Assembly: GCA_951406725.2 (NCBI GenBank)
Contig: OX597836.1
Span: forward strand, 40,610,001 to 40,674,000
Reading direction: 5' to 3'
Source of the DNA: Octopus vulgaris
Taxonomy: Eukaryota
DNA: 64,000 nt
The position numbers and the translations under genes are program-made. Shown here in pieces: positions 12,978-27,223 of the stretch. How positions within the stretch are numbered: the first letter of the stretch is position 1; each line of letters starts with the position of its first letter. Under the pieces are notes generated by a model. It made no database searches, was not told the origin of the DNA, and was given only the letters and a program-made list of their open reading frames with translations.

Positions 12978-13498
12978 ATAAGGGGGATCAGCCATCTGAA
13001 TGTGGCTAGGGACAGGGCGGGGTAGTGGGGGTGTTACTGATGCATTTAGCCCCAGGCGATCATCAACGTCACCAGAAGGGCTGACACCATCTCGGTGTCC
13101 TTGCCAGCCTGCAAAGGGAGATCAGCCTCCCCGAAGATACGGATACTACATACGGACCGGTTTCGAGGTATTTGCCTCTTATCAACGCATGGTAAGCACC
13201 GTTCTTCGTTGAGGGACTTCCTCTACAGGCTGGATATATATGGATTTTCACAGTAACCACAGTCACTGATGTAGAAAAACCGTTCGACAACAATAATAAA
13301 TCTCTGAGCGAGATATAAACAGTAACTGCTCTATAACATAAGGGGGATCAGCCATCTGAATGTGGCTAGGGACAGGGCGGGGTAGTGGGGGTGTTACTGA
13401 TGCATTTAGCCCCAGGCGATCATCAACGTCACCAGAAGGGCTGACACCATCTCTCTAGCCATATTCAGATGGCTGATCCCCCTTATGTTATAGAGCAG
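12978..13498 (-). mobile_element. Retrozyme-like / non-autonomous PLE: 360-bp unit in partial tandem with inverted end
   Basis: 116-bp identical direct repeat (12978-13093 = 13338-13453, period 360). 44-bp inverted copy (13455-13498 vs 13326-13369, 1 mismatch). Internal HHR and no credible ORF. Confidence 0.8.
13143..13199 (-). ncRNA. Type I hammerhead ribozyme, U3-A8 core variant
   Basis: Minus strand CAUGCG-UUGAUAA-GAGG caaaua CCUC-GAAA-CCGG-UC-CGUAUG. Predicted cleavage after GUC, between 13155 and 13154. Confidence 0.85.
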
Positions 13499-13627
13499 GG
13501 GTCAGTGAGGACGGGTTATCTCCCTTAGACTATGCGGATGTGGGTGTGGGGACAAATACAGACACATCTACATTCACAAATACTGTGTGTGTGTGTATGT
13601 GTGTGTGTGTGAGAGTGTATTTATCGC

Positions 13628-14030
13628 TGTGGCTGTGTGGTAAGTCGCTTGCTTACCAACCACATGGTTCCGGGTTCAGTCCCACTGCGTGGCATCTTGG
13701 GCAAGTGTCTTCTACTATAGCCTCGGGCCGACCAAAGCCTTGTGAGTGGATTTGGTAGACGGAAACTGAAAGAAGCCCGTCGTATATATATGTATATATA
13801 TGTATGTGTGTGTGTGTTTGTGTGTCTGTGTTTGTCTTCCCAACATCGCTTGACAACCGATGCTGGTGTGTTTACGTCTCCGTAACTTAGCGGTTCGGCA
13901 AATGAGACCGATAGAATAAGTACTAGGCTTACAAAGAGTAAGTCATGGGGTCGATTTGCTCGACTAAAAAGGCGGTGCTCCAGCACGGCCACAGTCAAAT
14001 GACTGAAACAAGTAAAATCAGTAAAAAATA
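13628..14030 (+). mobile_element. SINE family A, followed by a second decayed 3' half to ~14200
   Basis: Family sequence match. Confidence 0.88.
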
Positions 14031-14275
14031 GTAAACCCACATGACAACCCATGTTGGTATGTATACGTCTCCGTAACTTAGTGGTTCAGCAAAAGCGTAC
14101 GATAGAAACAATAAGTACTGGGGTTGATTCGTTCAACTAAATTTTTTTCAAGGCGGTGCCCCAGCATGGCCGCGCGGCCTAATGACTAAAATAAGTAAAA
14201 GAATTAAATGTCAAACTGTGTGCATAATTCTGTGTATGTATCTCATCAATGTAGGCATGAGTTTACATATGCGTT

Positions 14276-14322
<47 letters not shown>

Positions 14323-14415
14323 TAAGGAATCCCAGAATGACGTCCAGGGACAGGAAACGAACATAATGAAACGAGCGAAAGATGAACGACTCGAAGCGTA
14401 TTAAAGCAGGAAATA

Positions 14416-14676
14416 GTGATTGCACCTGAGAAGGCTATTCCCATTTATAAAAGGATGGTTGCTGTTAAAAGGATGCTGAGCTCACAGCACGAAGGAATTT
14501 CCCTGCAGCTAGATAGTTTCTTGAATAACAGAGAACCGATTCCGCCGTGGCTGATCCATCCACGGGGAAATCATTTTGTGCTGAACAGAACAGACCTAGC
14601 AAAAGGAAACGCCGTTGATAATTTCCGTCCGATATCGTGTCTTCCATTTTTGTGGAAATTACTTGGCGAAATGTGA
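14416..14676 (+). pseudogene. Non-LTR retrotransposon reverse transcriptase fragment (R4/Dong-like)
   Basis: Translation QHEGISLQLDSFLN..IPPWL..KGNAVDNFRPISCLPFLWKLL covers the start of the RT domain with the RPISxL motif. Confidence 0.8.
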
Positions 14677-14811
14677 AAGAATCCCGTCGTATGTATGCAT
14701 GTCATTATTCAGTTTATTTCAAGATTTCTTGCCAAAAGAGAAAGAACCGGTTTCTAACCTAGATCCAAGGCTCCTTCATTGGAATGTCAACATCAACAAC
14801 AGGCTGTTTTT

Positions 14812-15203
14812 GTATGTATGTATGTATGTATGTATGTATGTATGTATGTATGTATGTATGTATGTATGACTGTATGTATGACTGTATGTATGTATGTATG
14901 TATGTATGTTTGTATGTATGCATGTATGATGTATGTATGTATGTATGTATGTATGTGTGTATGCATGTATGTATGTATGTATGCATGTATCTATGTATGT
15001 ATGTATGTATGTATGTATGTACGTATGTATGTATGTATGTATGTTTGTATGTATGCATGTATGATGTATGTATGTATGTATGTATGTATGTATGTATGTA
15101 TGCATGCATGCATGTATGTATGTATGCATGCATGTATGTATGTATGTATGTATGTATGTATGTATGACTGTATGTATGACTGTATGTATGACTGTATGTA
15201 TGT
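14812..15203. repeat. (TATG)n microsatellite
   Basis: Direct inspection. Confidence 0.95.
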
Positions 15204-15475
15204 ATTGATGGCAGATTAATGGCAGAAAGTTTGCGTTTGTTCCTTGGGACAGAATAAATATTATCTCATGAACGAAAAGTCTTTACCGGGAGACACAATA
15301 TTTGTAGTTGGTGGGTGTCAAAACAGCTCTTCCAATTTCATTTTTCACTCCCCCCTGACTCCCTTGACTCCTGTGACACTCAGTAAAAAGAGCGAGATAT
15401 TTTTTACTGAGCGTCAAACAGATAAATTGTCTCTTAATTTTATTATTCATTTACCTGAATTGATTATTTCATTGA

Positions 15476-15523
<48 letters not shown>

Positions 15524-15680
15524 CGTTTTTTTGATTTGGTTTACAAGATTCTTTATGTGAGTTCGTGTGTTGAAAGATATTCGTTGTGTCTGGGGAGAGT
15601 CAATTTATTTTTGTGCTTTATAATATAAGTGTGCTATATTATAAAGCTCAAAAAGAAAATGACTCTCCCCAGACACAACA

Positions 15681-15730
<50 letters not shown>

Positions 15731-15734
15731 AATT

Positions 15735-15907
15735 ATGATAGATCGCAAACCACTATAACGTTTTCTATTTTCTATCCGTTTATTTCTGTGTTCCTTTCTG
15801 TCGAAGAGCGTAGGTTCGAAACGTAAAAGACTTTCTCACTTCCCGAGCATTAAATTAATACATCTTTTTGTTGTTTACACCACCTGTCTTCGTCTTTTGT
15901 TTTCTGT

Positions 15908-15954
<47 letters not shown>

Positions 15955-17005
15955 AGAGTTTACGAAATATATATATAAACGTAACCTCCTGGTTCACAGT
16001 TTCTTCCCTAACCCCACCTCTCAACCTGGCTCGTTCCCCTGCTCCCATCCTTGCTGTCGCACTTGCCCCTATCTCTCCAACACAACCATCCTCACAGGCA
16101 CTCAACATCGTCCCTATTATATCACCGACTCCTTTACCTGCACTTCTAGCAACGTCATTTACTGCATCTCCCGCTCTTTCTACCCATCTCCGTACATCGG
16201 TCAAACGAGACGCCGCTTGGCTGACCGGTTCGCGGACTACCTCCGAGACATCAGACTCGTCAATGACACCCAGGTCTCGCGCCATTTCCGCTCTACCGGT
16301 CATTCACTACAACAGCTATTTGTGTTCGAGTTGTCTTTGCACAGGGGCCATCCGGACTCCCGCCTTCGCCATGAACTGGAATTAATCTTCTTTCTTCGTT
16401 CCTTAGCAACATATGGGTTCAACACCCCTCCTCTCCTCTCTTCATTTCTACCCACCTTCTTTCTTCATTGATACCCTTTCCACCTACACCCCACATCCCT
16501 ACCCGTCATCACCACACCCCCACACCACACACCGCCACTTCACACCACCCCACACCACTCCACGCAGACTAGCACTGACCACTTCCCAGCACCCACACCA
16601 TACACCATCATCCACATACCCACACATTACAGACGCACATTCTTACACACGTACACATCCACACACGTCAAAATCACTAGCCCCTATCTACAAACACACA
16701 CACACACACACACTTACACATTCTCACATACACGCACGCACACCTTAGTTTTGGGATCACCATTACTTAATTGTCTCCCCTTCTTTCCACCTCTCCTGTC
16801 AAGCCATTTTTTACAACCAGTCGCCATGCTTGATCGCTAAATCCACAGGTTTCTTTATTCTCTCTGTTTATTTTCTCTTCCTTTCTGCTGAAGAGGGTAA
16901 ATTCTTTCTCACGTTTCCGAACGTCAAACTAATACACCTGCTTTTTGTTCATACACCTGACTTTGCCCTTTGTTTTTTTGTTGTTTTTTTTTTGTAGATT
17001 TCAAC
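15735..17005 (+). mobile_element. 5'-truncated Penelope-like retroelement bounded by pLTR copies
   Basis: pLTR copies at 15735-15912 (HHR-like motif 15793-15830) and 16820-17005 (motif partly deleted) flank a GIY-YIG coding fragment. Confidence 0.8.
15980..16471 (+). pseudogene. PLE GIY-YIG endonuclease domain fragment
   Basis: Open frame RNLLVHS..PGSFPCSHPCCRTCPYL..FTCTSSNVIYCISRSFYPSPYIGQTRRRLADRFADYLRDIR..VSRHF..GHS..RLRHELELIFFLRSLATYGFN. It has a Cys-rich linker, the VIY..YIG motif, and conserved R, E and terminal GxN. Confidence 0.9.
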
Positions 17006-17087
17006 TATGTATGTATGTATGCATGCATATGGATATATATATACATATAGATGAAATTTTCTTGTTTTTCCGAATCCCTATTTTTAC

Positions 17088-17196
<109 letters not shown>

Positions 17197-17278
17197 GGAC
17201 AGACGGACAGACAGACGGAGAGATAGATAGATACATACATACATACATACATACATACATACATACATGCATGGAAAC

Positions 17279-17337
<59 letters not shown>

Positions 17338-18486
17338 TAGATAGATAGATAGATAGATAGATACATACATACATACATACATACATACATACATACATAG
17401 CTAGATAGGTAGGTAGATAGATTGATAGAGAGAGAGAGAGAGATTATGAACATTATATATAATATATATACAATGTTAAATATGAATATATATTATTATA
17501 AATTATGAATATATTATCGTATGTCACACATTTATCTTGTGTAGCAGAAGATAAAGCACAGCAATATAGGTAGCTGTACTTATCTATAAACCAGGATTAT
17601 CCTAAAGAAAAGAGTCTATTCGTGATTTTCTCTGAAAAGAAGTGTTTTTATCAATAATGAATGATAAGTGGAACTCAAGAGCACACGTAAAGACGTCAGT
17701 GTTGCTTCCGAATACGACAATGCTGGCAACAGTCGTGCGGGTATGTGAATTCATAGAATTTAATACGTGTAATGTTTTTTTTATATGCGATTTCTCATTG
17801 TACACACCGACAGAGAGTAATTTTAAAAAGAAAAGCAAGAAGGAAGTTGCTATGCATCTCCTTGTGCCGTTGCTATATTCTTTTTGCTAATGTTAGATGT
17901 TCGCTTTCATGCGTGAAATATTTTAATGGCGAATCTTCGTTTGTAAGCCAATTTTACTGCGGTTTTCCAACTTCCGGTTGAAAGTTGCAGGAGCTGGTGG
18001 TGGTGGTGAGGGAGGGAGAGAGAGAGTTGCGTGCAGGTTGTATTAAGTGAAAATCCGTTTATCTGTAAAATCAGAAAAACATGAGTGAAAAGTAGAAAAA
18101 AAAAAAAAAAAAAATTTATTTCGCAAGCAGGAATAAATTCTCTCTTTGATTTGGTCCTAGTTTAATTTAAATACCGAAAGGAAACTATTTTCAAAACTGC
18201 GAAACCAATTTATTCCAATTCTAAACCAATAAGCTGCAATTTCACTCTTTTCTTGCACACACATATATGCGTTTCTATGTATTTTGGATATAAATTTCTT
18301 ACTGTCTTTGTTGCGTTTTGTTATAAATGTAATACATACATACATACATACACACATACATACATACAAACATACATAGACAGAGAGAAAAATACATGTG
18401 AATACATAAATATTTGCGCATATCTATAAACAGAGAGAGAGATACATTTGTATATAAATATATGTATATGTATGTGTATGTATATG

Positions 18487-18542
<56 letters not shown>

Positions 18543-18694
18543 TATACATATATATACATATATATATAAAAAATAAATATATATGTATATATATATATAT
18601 ATTCATGCATAAATACATAAAATAGATGTGTAAAATTTTACGTATACACACACATATATATATATATGCATGTGTATGCATATACATGTATGTA

Positions 18695-18729
<35 letters not shown>

Positions 18730-18742
18730 TACATACATACAT

Positions 18743-18815
<73 letters not shown>

Positions 18816-19483
18816 TGTATATGTAAGGAAGAATGACAAATATGTATCTCTGCGTGAATGTATGTTTGTGTGCATATGTGCATGGTGTGTGTGTGTGTGG
18901 GTGGGTGTATGAATGTGTGTGTGTGTATGAATGTGTGTATGTGTGTATGTGTGTGTACGTGTACAAAAGTGATTACAGAAAAAGTAATGAAAATCCATTT
19001 GTTTTCCCTGTCTTTCGCTCTCCTCCGCTTCTCTCCTTCTCTCCTCCCTCAACTACTCCCTCATTTGCTCCTCTGTTCCCTGTGCATCTGTCTTCTCTCT
19101 CTCTCTTTCTTTCTCTTTCTCTCTTTCTCTTTCTTTCTCTTCCTCTCTCTATGTCTCTCTTCCTCTCTCACTCTCCCTCTCTGTCTCTCGTTTCCCGTAT
19201 TTTTTCTTTTTTCTCTCTATACAGCTTTCTCTTTCCTTCTTTCTCCTTACTTTTCTCTCTCTCTCTCTCTCTCTGCCTTCTACTGTGTCGATGTTCCTCT
19301 CTCTGTTTTTCTCTCTCTCATCATCTCTACCTATTTGCCAACTTATCTAATGTGTGTGTGTATGTGTGTGTGTATCTGCGTGTGTGTGTGTGTGTGTGAA
19401 TGTGTAGGTGTCTGTACAAGCATATACATATGCCGTATGTATGCTTATTTATGTTTTGTGCGGATGTGTACATACATATACAA

Positions 19484-19535
<52 letters not shown>

Positions 19536-19539
19536 ATGT

Positions 19540-19573
<34 letters not shown>

Positions 19574-19583
19574 TTATACATTT

Positions 19584-19620
<37 letters not shown>

Positions 19621-19710
19621 TATAATGTATGTATGCATCTTTGTATATGCGCACATATATATGCATATGCATATGTATATCCATGTGCATTACATATACG
19701 TACATATACA

Positions 19711-19775
<65 letters not shown>

Positions 19776-19777
19776 GT

Positions 19778-19946
19778 GTGATTTTAAATTCTCAAACGCA
19801 GGATGAGGGTAATAATTATAGCCTGAACAGGATAAGGTACCCCTATTTTGCTCATAGCCCCGGCCGCCAACTGCAAAATAGGGGTAGCTTATCGTGTTCA
19901 GGCTATAATTATTAGCCTCATCCTGCGTTTGAGAATTTAAAATCAC
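19778..19946. repeat. Near-perfect inverted repeat (74-bp arms, 21-nt loop)
   Basis: 19778-19851 is the reverse complement of 19873-19946 with 3 mismatches. Confidence 0.93.
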
Positions 19947-20090
19947 TTCTTTATCTTTCTAAGATTTCTCAACGCTTCTAAAGCAAACTTCGTTTGTTCG
20001 TTTACGTTCATTGTAATTTGAATTTATATATATATATATATATATATATACATACATACATACATACATACATATACATACATACATACA

Positions 20091-20121
<31 letters not shown>

Positions 20122-20187
20122 GAATAGGCGTAGGTGCTGCGCAGCGGATTTGAACCCGAAACATCGTGGACATGAACGTGGTTGCAA

Positions 20188-20500
20188 AGTAACTGGTACT
20201 TATTTAATTGTCGACCCCCGAAAGGATGAAATGCAAAGTCGACCTCGGCGGAATTTGAACTCAGAATGTATAGACAGACGAAATACTTATTTCTTTACTA
20301 CCCACAAGGAGCTAAACACAGAGAGGACAAACAAGGACAGACAAACGGATTAAGTCGATTACATCGACTCCAGTGCGTAACTGGTATTTATTTAATCGAC
20401 CCCGAAGGGATGAAAGGCAAAGTCGACCTCGGCGGAATTGGAACTCAGAACGTAACGGCAGATAAATACCGCGAAGCTTTTCTTTCGGCTTCCGCAAGCT
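20188..20500 (-). mobile_element. SINE family B, ~1.5 units
   Basis: Family sequence match. Confidence 0.8.
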
Positions 20501-21181
20501 GCCTTCTATTAAATGCTACATATTATATTTGTTTGGGTTTTTTTCCACCAAATATCCCTTTTTTTTTCACAAATCGGTGGGAATTTGTTTTATGTAAGGC
20601 TGTGTCTTACACACCGACAAATGCAGTAGATTTCTGATGTTCTGATTTTCTTCCGCAAATTTTTTTTTAAAGGAAAGAGGTCAAGACGATTATAACAGAA
20701 TATAGATTCTTGCTCTGTCTTTGATTACAATATCCGGCAATGGTGCCTAAATCTATTTATCAGCCTGAACAGCAGGCCCTTACCAGATTACGTTAGCTAC
20801 ATCACTGTCACACATCAAGATTGGTGTTCACTTGTAATCATATATTTATGTTTACAAGTAAAAGAGTTTCCATAATTCTCGCAGGATATATCTGCCAAAC
20901 TAGTCATGTCTGTGGATACATTCTTGTCTTTGAGAGGATTTGGCAGTTGGAAATGCGAATGTTCGGTTCTTCCTTTCAGTTGACGCTAGCTTCTTATTAT
21001 TCTAACTAGGACATTTTTTTTTAATTCTTAATTTTAGTTTTGCAACTGCATTGATCTTCTACAAGAAGAAGAACAAGAATCAGACTTACCATATCTGCAT
21101 TTAGCACAGAGCTTTTTGAATTATTGTTTGCTCTCGTATTGGCCGACTTCCTATCTGTCAAGTCGTGTTGGATATTGTTTC

Positions 21182-21930
<749 letters not shown>

Positions 21931-22275
21931 TTGGGTGCAATTTCAAACACTGCACAACTGGCATTCTGTCAACTTGAATATGATGAAGCTCAAATATTAA
22001 TATTGCGACGGCAATATCCAAGCAGCTTCCGAGTGAAGAAATAATAAACAGCAACAATATTCACAATATCTCACGATGGAAAAATAAATAAAGAAAGAAA
22101 GAAAGAAAAAAAGAAAAAAATAGAAAGTAGGAAATAAGAAAAAAACGTATAAAGACAGAAAGAAAAAAGAAAGAAAGAATCGAAAAGACAGAAAGAAGTG
22201 ATAAAATTTGTAAATATGGCGAAGAATTTGGCAGACATCATTAGTGGTGCCATAGAACGTTCATATATATATATA

Positions 22276-22318
<43 letters not shown>

Positions 22319-22528
22319 ATAAATCATGTATGTATGAACTTGTGGTAGTGAGCGGCGTGCGTGCGCGCAAGCGTGCGTGTGCGCATGCCTGGAGAGAAAT
22401 ATATAGATATATATGCATATGCGTATATACTTATATCGAAAGATAGATACGTATTTATAGCTATACATGTATTAATTTATATATATGCATATATATTTAT
22501 ATCTGTATACATATATATATGTATATAC

Positions 22529-22608
<80 letters not shown>

Positions 22609-22654
22609 ATATATATATGTATATATATATATGTATATAAGTATATATATATAG

Positions 22655-22990
22655 CAATAATAAATCTCTGAACGAGATGTAAACAGTAACCGCTCGACAA
22701 CGTAAAGTATACCAGCCATCTCAATATGGCTAACCACTAAGGGTGGGTGTTACTGTAGCTTTTTAGCCCCAGGAGATCATCGTCTCCAGCTGACTTTAGA
22801 CACACTTTCTGTGCCCTTATGATATTTGCAAAGGGAGGTCATCCCCTCTCGTAAACCTAGGTGATACGCACGGACTGCAGTTTCGAGATTTTTGTCTCTG
22901 GTCAACGCACGGTAATCACCGGTTTTCGATGAGGAGAGACCTGTTTGCGAATATCTATTTAATGTTTTTCCCAGTAACCACTGTCACTGA
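22655..22990 (-). mobile_element. Second, diverged member of the 360-bp retrozyme-like family (circularly permuted)
   Basis: Shares CAATAATAAATCTCTGA, CAGCCATCT..TGGCTA, GGTGTTACTG, TTTAGCCCCAGG.GATCATC, GCAAAGGGAG and CAGTAACCAC.GTCACTGA with 12978-13498. Confidence 0.8.
22860..22920 (-). ncRNA. Type I hammerhead ribozyme motif (UUGACCA core variant)
   Basis: Minus strand GGUGAU uac CGUGCG-UUGACCA-GAGA caaaaa UCUC-GAAA-CUGCAG-UC-CGUGCG u AUCACC. Confidence 0.75.
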
Positions 22991-23280
22991 ATATACCCAG
23001 ACATATGTATACAAAACAAGACCTATATCTAATACCTATTGCACTATATTTGCAACGCTGTAAAAACATGCAAAGACATGCTTACACCGTAATACATGCA
23101 TATAGCACGAATATACACATGCATACCTACGTAGACAAACTACACAAGTACATATATGCACACATACAAACATACATATATATACACACATATTTATGCA
23201 CGTAAGTATATATGTATATATATTTATGTACGTATTATATATATAGGCGCATATATTTATGTACGTATATATATATATAT

Positions 23281-23688
23281 GAGTGGCTGTGTGGTAAGTA
23301 GCTTGCTTACCAACCACAACGTTCTGGGTTCAGTCCCACTGCGTGACACCTTGGGCAAGTGTCTTCTACTATAGCCTCGGGCCGACCAAAGCCTTGTGAG
23401 TGGATTTGGTAGACGGAAACTGAAAGAATCCCGTCGTATATATGTATATATATATATGCGTGTGTGTGTTTGTGTGTCTGTGTTTGTCCCCCTAGCATTG
23501 CTTGACAACCGATGCTGGTGTGTTTACGTCCCCGTCACTTAGCGGTTCGGCAAAAGAGACCGAAAGAATAAGTACTGGGCTTACAAAAGTATAAGTCCTG
23601 GGGTCGAGTTGCTCGACTAAAGGCGGTGCTCCAGCATGGCCGCAGTCAAAAGACTGAAACAAGTAAAAGAGTAAAAGAGAAAAAGAGT
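23281..23688 (+). mobile_element. SINE family A
   Basis: Family sequence match. Confidence 0.9.
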
Positions 23689-23867
23689 ATATATATAGAG
23701 AGAGAGGAGGGGAGAGAATAACACATGCATACATAGATACGTACATAGTGTATGCATACATAGATACGTACTTACCTACCAAAGTACCTACATACATACA
23801 TAAACACATATATACATGCATGCATACTACGTACATACATACATACATACATACATATGTACATACA

Positions 23868-23898
<31 letters not shown>

Positions 23899-23899
23899 G

Positions 23900-23930
<31 letters not shown>

Positions 23931-23994
23931 GTACATACATACATACATGCATGCATGCATGCATATATACATACATAGCTTGATAGCTAACTAT

Positions 23995-24336
<342 letters not shown>

Positions 24337-24597
24337 TAGTCTTACGATTTACCGCCAAAATTAAACGAAGCAGCGAGTACTGACATTGATGGTCTTTCGA
24401 TTGAAACGTTAAAAATAGGACAATTATGCAAGCAACAACTGGAAAAAAAATAGAATACCTTATACCTCTGAACAGATAACTAGAAGTCAATGTAGTAGAG
24501 ATCGAAAAAGGAAAAGGGAAGGAACGATGGCTCTATGATCTGATGTCCGTTGTATGCTGGTGAGATGGGTATTGGGAATCAACTGGATGGCTTCTCT

Positions 24598-24665
<68 letters not shown>

Positions 24666-24707
24666 TTATTTCTCTATCTGTATCCCTCTCTCCCTCAAAG
24701 ATTTATA

Positions 24708-25460
24708 TGTTTCTTTATTAGCCACACAGGGCTGCACACAGACGAGACAGATTACAAAGTAGAGCTTTGTGGGGGGGGGGATAAAAAAAAGGTGGGTTAG
24801 GTTTTCGATCAAAAGGGATCGTAAAGAGGAAGGAAGAAAAGAAAAACGATCAATAGGGATCACAGTGTCATGGTGTAAAGTGTAAAGGGGGAAGCAGATA
24901 AGGTTTATCCGTGAGAAGAAAAGCCTACAGAAAAGACCACGGTAACCTCGGTCAATGATGTTACATGTTACCACATTTGTTTGCAAGTACAGGTCTGTTT
25001 CTTTATTAGCCCCAGAGGGCTGAACACAGAGGGGACAGATTACAAAGTAGAGCTTTGGGTGGGGGGAGAAAAAAAGGTGGGTTAGGTTTTCGATCAAAAG
25101 GGATCGTAAAAGGGAAAGGAGGAAAAAAAACGATCAATAGGGATCACAGTGTCATGGTGTAAAGTGTAAAGGGGGGAAGCAGATAAGGTTTATCCGTGGG
25201 AAGAAAAGCCTAAAGAAAAGACCACGGTAACCTCGGTCAATAATGTTACATGTTACCACATTTGTTTTCAAGTAGGTAACCCTCTGTTTTAAATTTTCCG
25301 GTTTCATAGGATTATGCTCAAGGTGGCTTCGTCATTCATACGTGCAATCCTTGCTACATTCACCCATCTTTTTTTTAAACACTCGCTAGACAAAACTTGC
25401 CTCTCTACTTTCACTTTCCTTTTCAAGTGATACTTAAAAATATAATCCATGAAAGTGAGC
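24708..25460 (-). mobile_element. 3' fragment of a LINE (L1/Tx1-like) with tandemly duplicated ~289-bp 3' UTR
   Basis: ORF end FKYHLKRKVKVERQVLSSECLKKRWVNVARIARMNDEATLSIIL* (stop at 25304). UTR copies at 24997-25273 and 24708-24989 end in AATAAAGAAAC; a third partial copy lies at 27302-27450. The clade assignment is tentative. Confidence 0.65.
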
Positions 25461-25640
25461 AAAGATACAGGCGGTTGTATTGACCCTGGAACTCTTCTGG
25501 TACATATTTCATCGAGTCTCAAATGAATAAAAAAAAACATGGTTGGCCTAAGCAAAGGGTAAACTCATAACGTAAAGCAACTTAAGTGGACACCGTACAG
25601 CATTCAGTTCGCCATTTTACAAGTCCACACACAACCTCTC

Positions 25641-26067
25641 GGATCTTTTCGGTTTGAACGGCAGTTTTTTCTAGCGGTGTCATATGAAATTGTCACCCAT
25701 AATTATAACCCTAGTATCGATCTATTGCATTTCAATATGTTTTAGGGTTAGAGTTAGGGTTAGGTGTGGGGGGAAGGGTATCTTTTTTTCTTCACAAATG
25801 TAAATAAACCCAATCTGTTTCTTAAACGAGGGACATATTCGTACGGCACAGAATGTTTTTTTTTACCTCAATGGACGTCATTGATTGGTTGAAATTGCAG
25901 AAATTGAAGAAAAAAAACAACAAATATCTTACAAACTATAGAATTTTCTCAATAAGGCCAAGAGAAAAAGATGTTTTATAAATACATTCTACCAGTATAC
26001 GAAGTTTAAAATTTTTTTAGTTACCTAGAAATTATGTTTAAAACTTCCGTTCAAACCGAAAAGATCC
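25641..26067. mobile_element. 427-bp MITE with ~28-bp TIRs and internal TTAGGG repeats
   Basis: TIR GGATCTTTTCGGTTTGAACGGCAGTTTT; 8-bp TSD AACCTCTC/AACCTTTC; inverted second copy at 57062-57488. Confidence 0.92.
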
Positions 26068-26154
26068 AACCTTTCTTTAAGTAATAAATAGAAAATATTT
26101 ATCTTAGAAGTTTCAAGAAAGTGTTCAAAAGTTTACATAGTCTATCTATAACTC

Positions 26155-26227
<73 letters not shown>

Positions 26228-26245
26228 ACTCTCTCTCTCTATATA

Positions 26246-26311
<66 letters not shown>

Positions 26312-27057
26312 CTCTATATAAGAGAGTGAGTTTTATTCATACATGTTCTCTTTGATAATCTTCTCGAAATATTTCCATTAAAACGACCTTAGATTCCTTC
26401 CCTAACAATGCTTTATTAGTTTGTGAAGGAATGAAGTACAAAATTATCTCGTCACTGAAGAAATCTTATTAAATATATATTTTTTGTAGACTCCATTTTC
26501 CCTAATATAGTAATATTAGTTTTTTTTTACTTTTTACTCGTACGCTACGCACGAGCTTTCATATTGATATAAACTAGACTCACTGTTGTATGATGTAAAA
26601 AAAAAAAAAAGAAGGAAAATTAGTGTTGCAAAATTATAGCAAAGTATCATATTAACTAACATATGTGGTTGGTTTTATATTATGGCAAACGGTTTACCTA
26701 ATGCTTAAAATAAATAGAGGCGGCAAAGTCTTAGCTTCTCCTGCTGTAACTGAATAATCTATGGAATCACGCTGGCACCTATTATTGGCGTCCATCTTGC
26801 CAATATATACTCGACAGTTGAACTTAGTCGACTGGTATTAAGAGCTGTTGTTGTTGTTGGTGGTGGTGGTGGTGGTGGTGGAGGTGGTGGTGGAGGTGGT
26901 GGTGGAGGTGGTGGTGGAGGTGGTGGTGGAGGCGGTTATGATTTTGTTGTTGATTTTTTTTTGGTGGCGGCGGCGGGGAAGCGTTTCTGCGTGCGTTTTG
27001 TTGGTACTTATTGCAACTTGAACAAGGAAGTAAATAAATAGACTGAATTTCAGTATT

Positions 27058-27089
<32 letters not shown>

Positions 27090-27140
27090 CTGAGAATCAG
27101 ACAGCAAAAAAATGAAAAAATATGAGACTAAGAGTTTGTG

Positions 27141-27223
<83 letters not shown>

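Noticed and set aside
25741-25765. TTAGGG repeats as a telomere or chromosome fusion site
   Set aside because: Only about four imperfect units, internal to a MITE present twice in the window.
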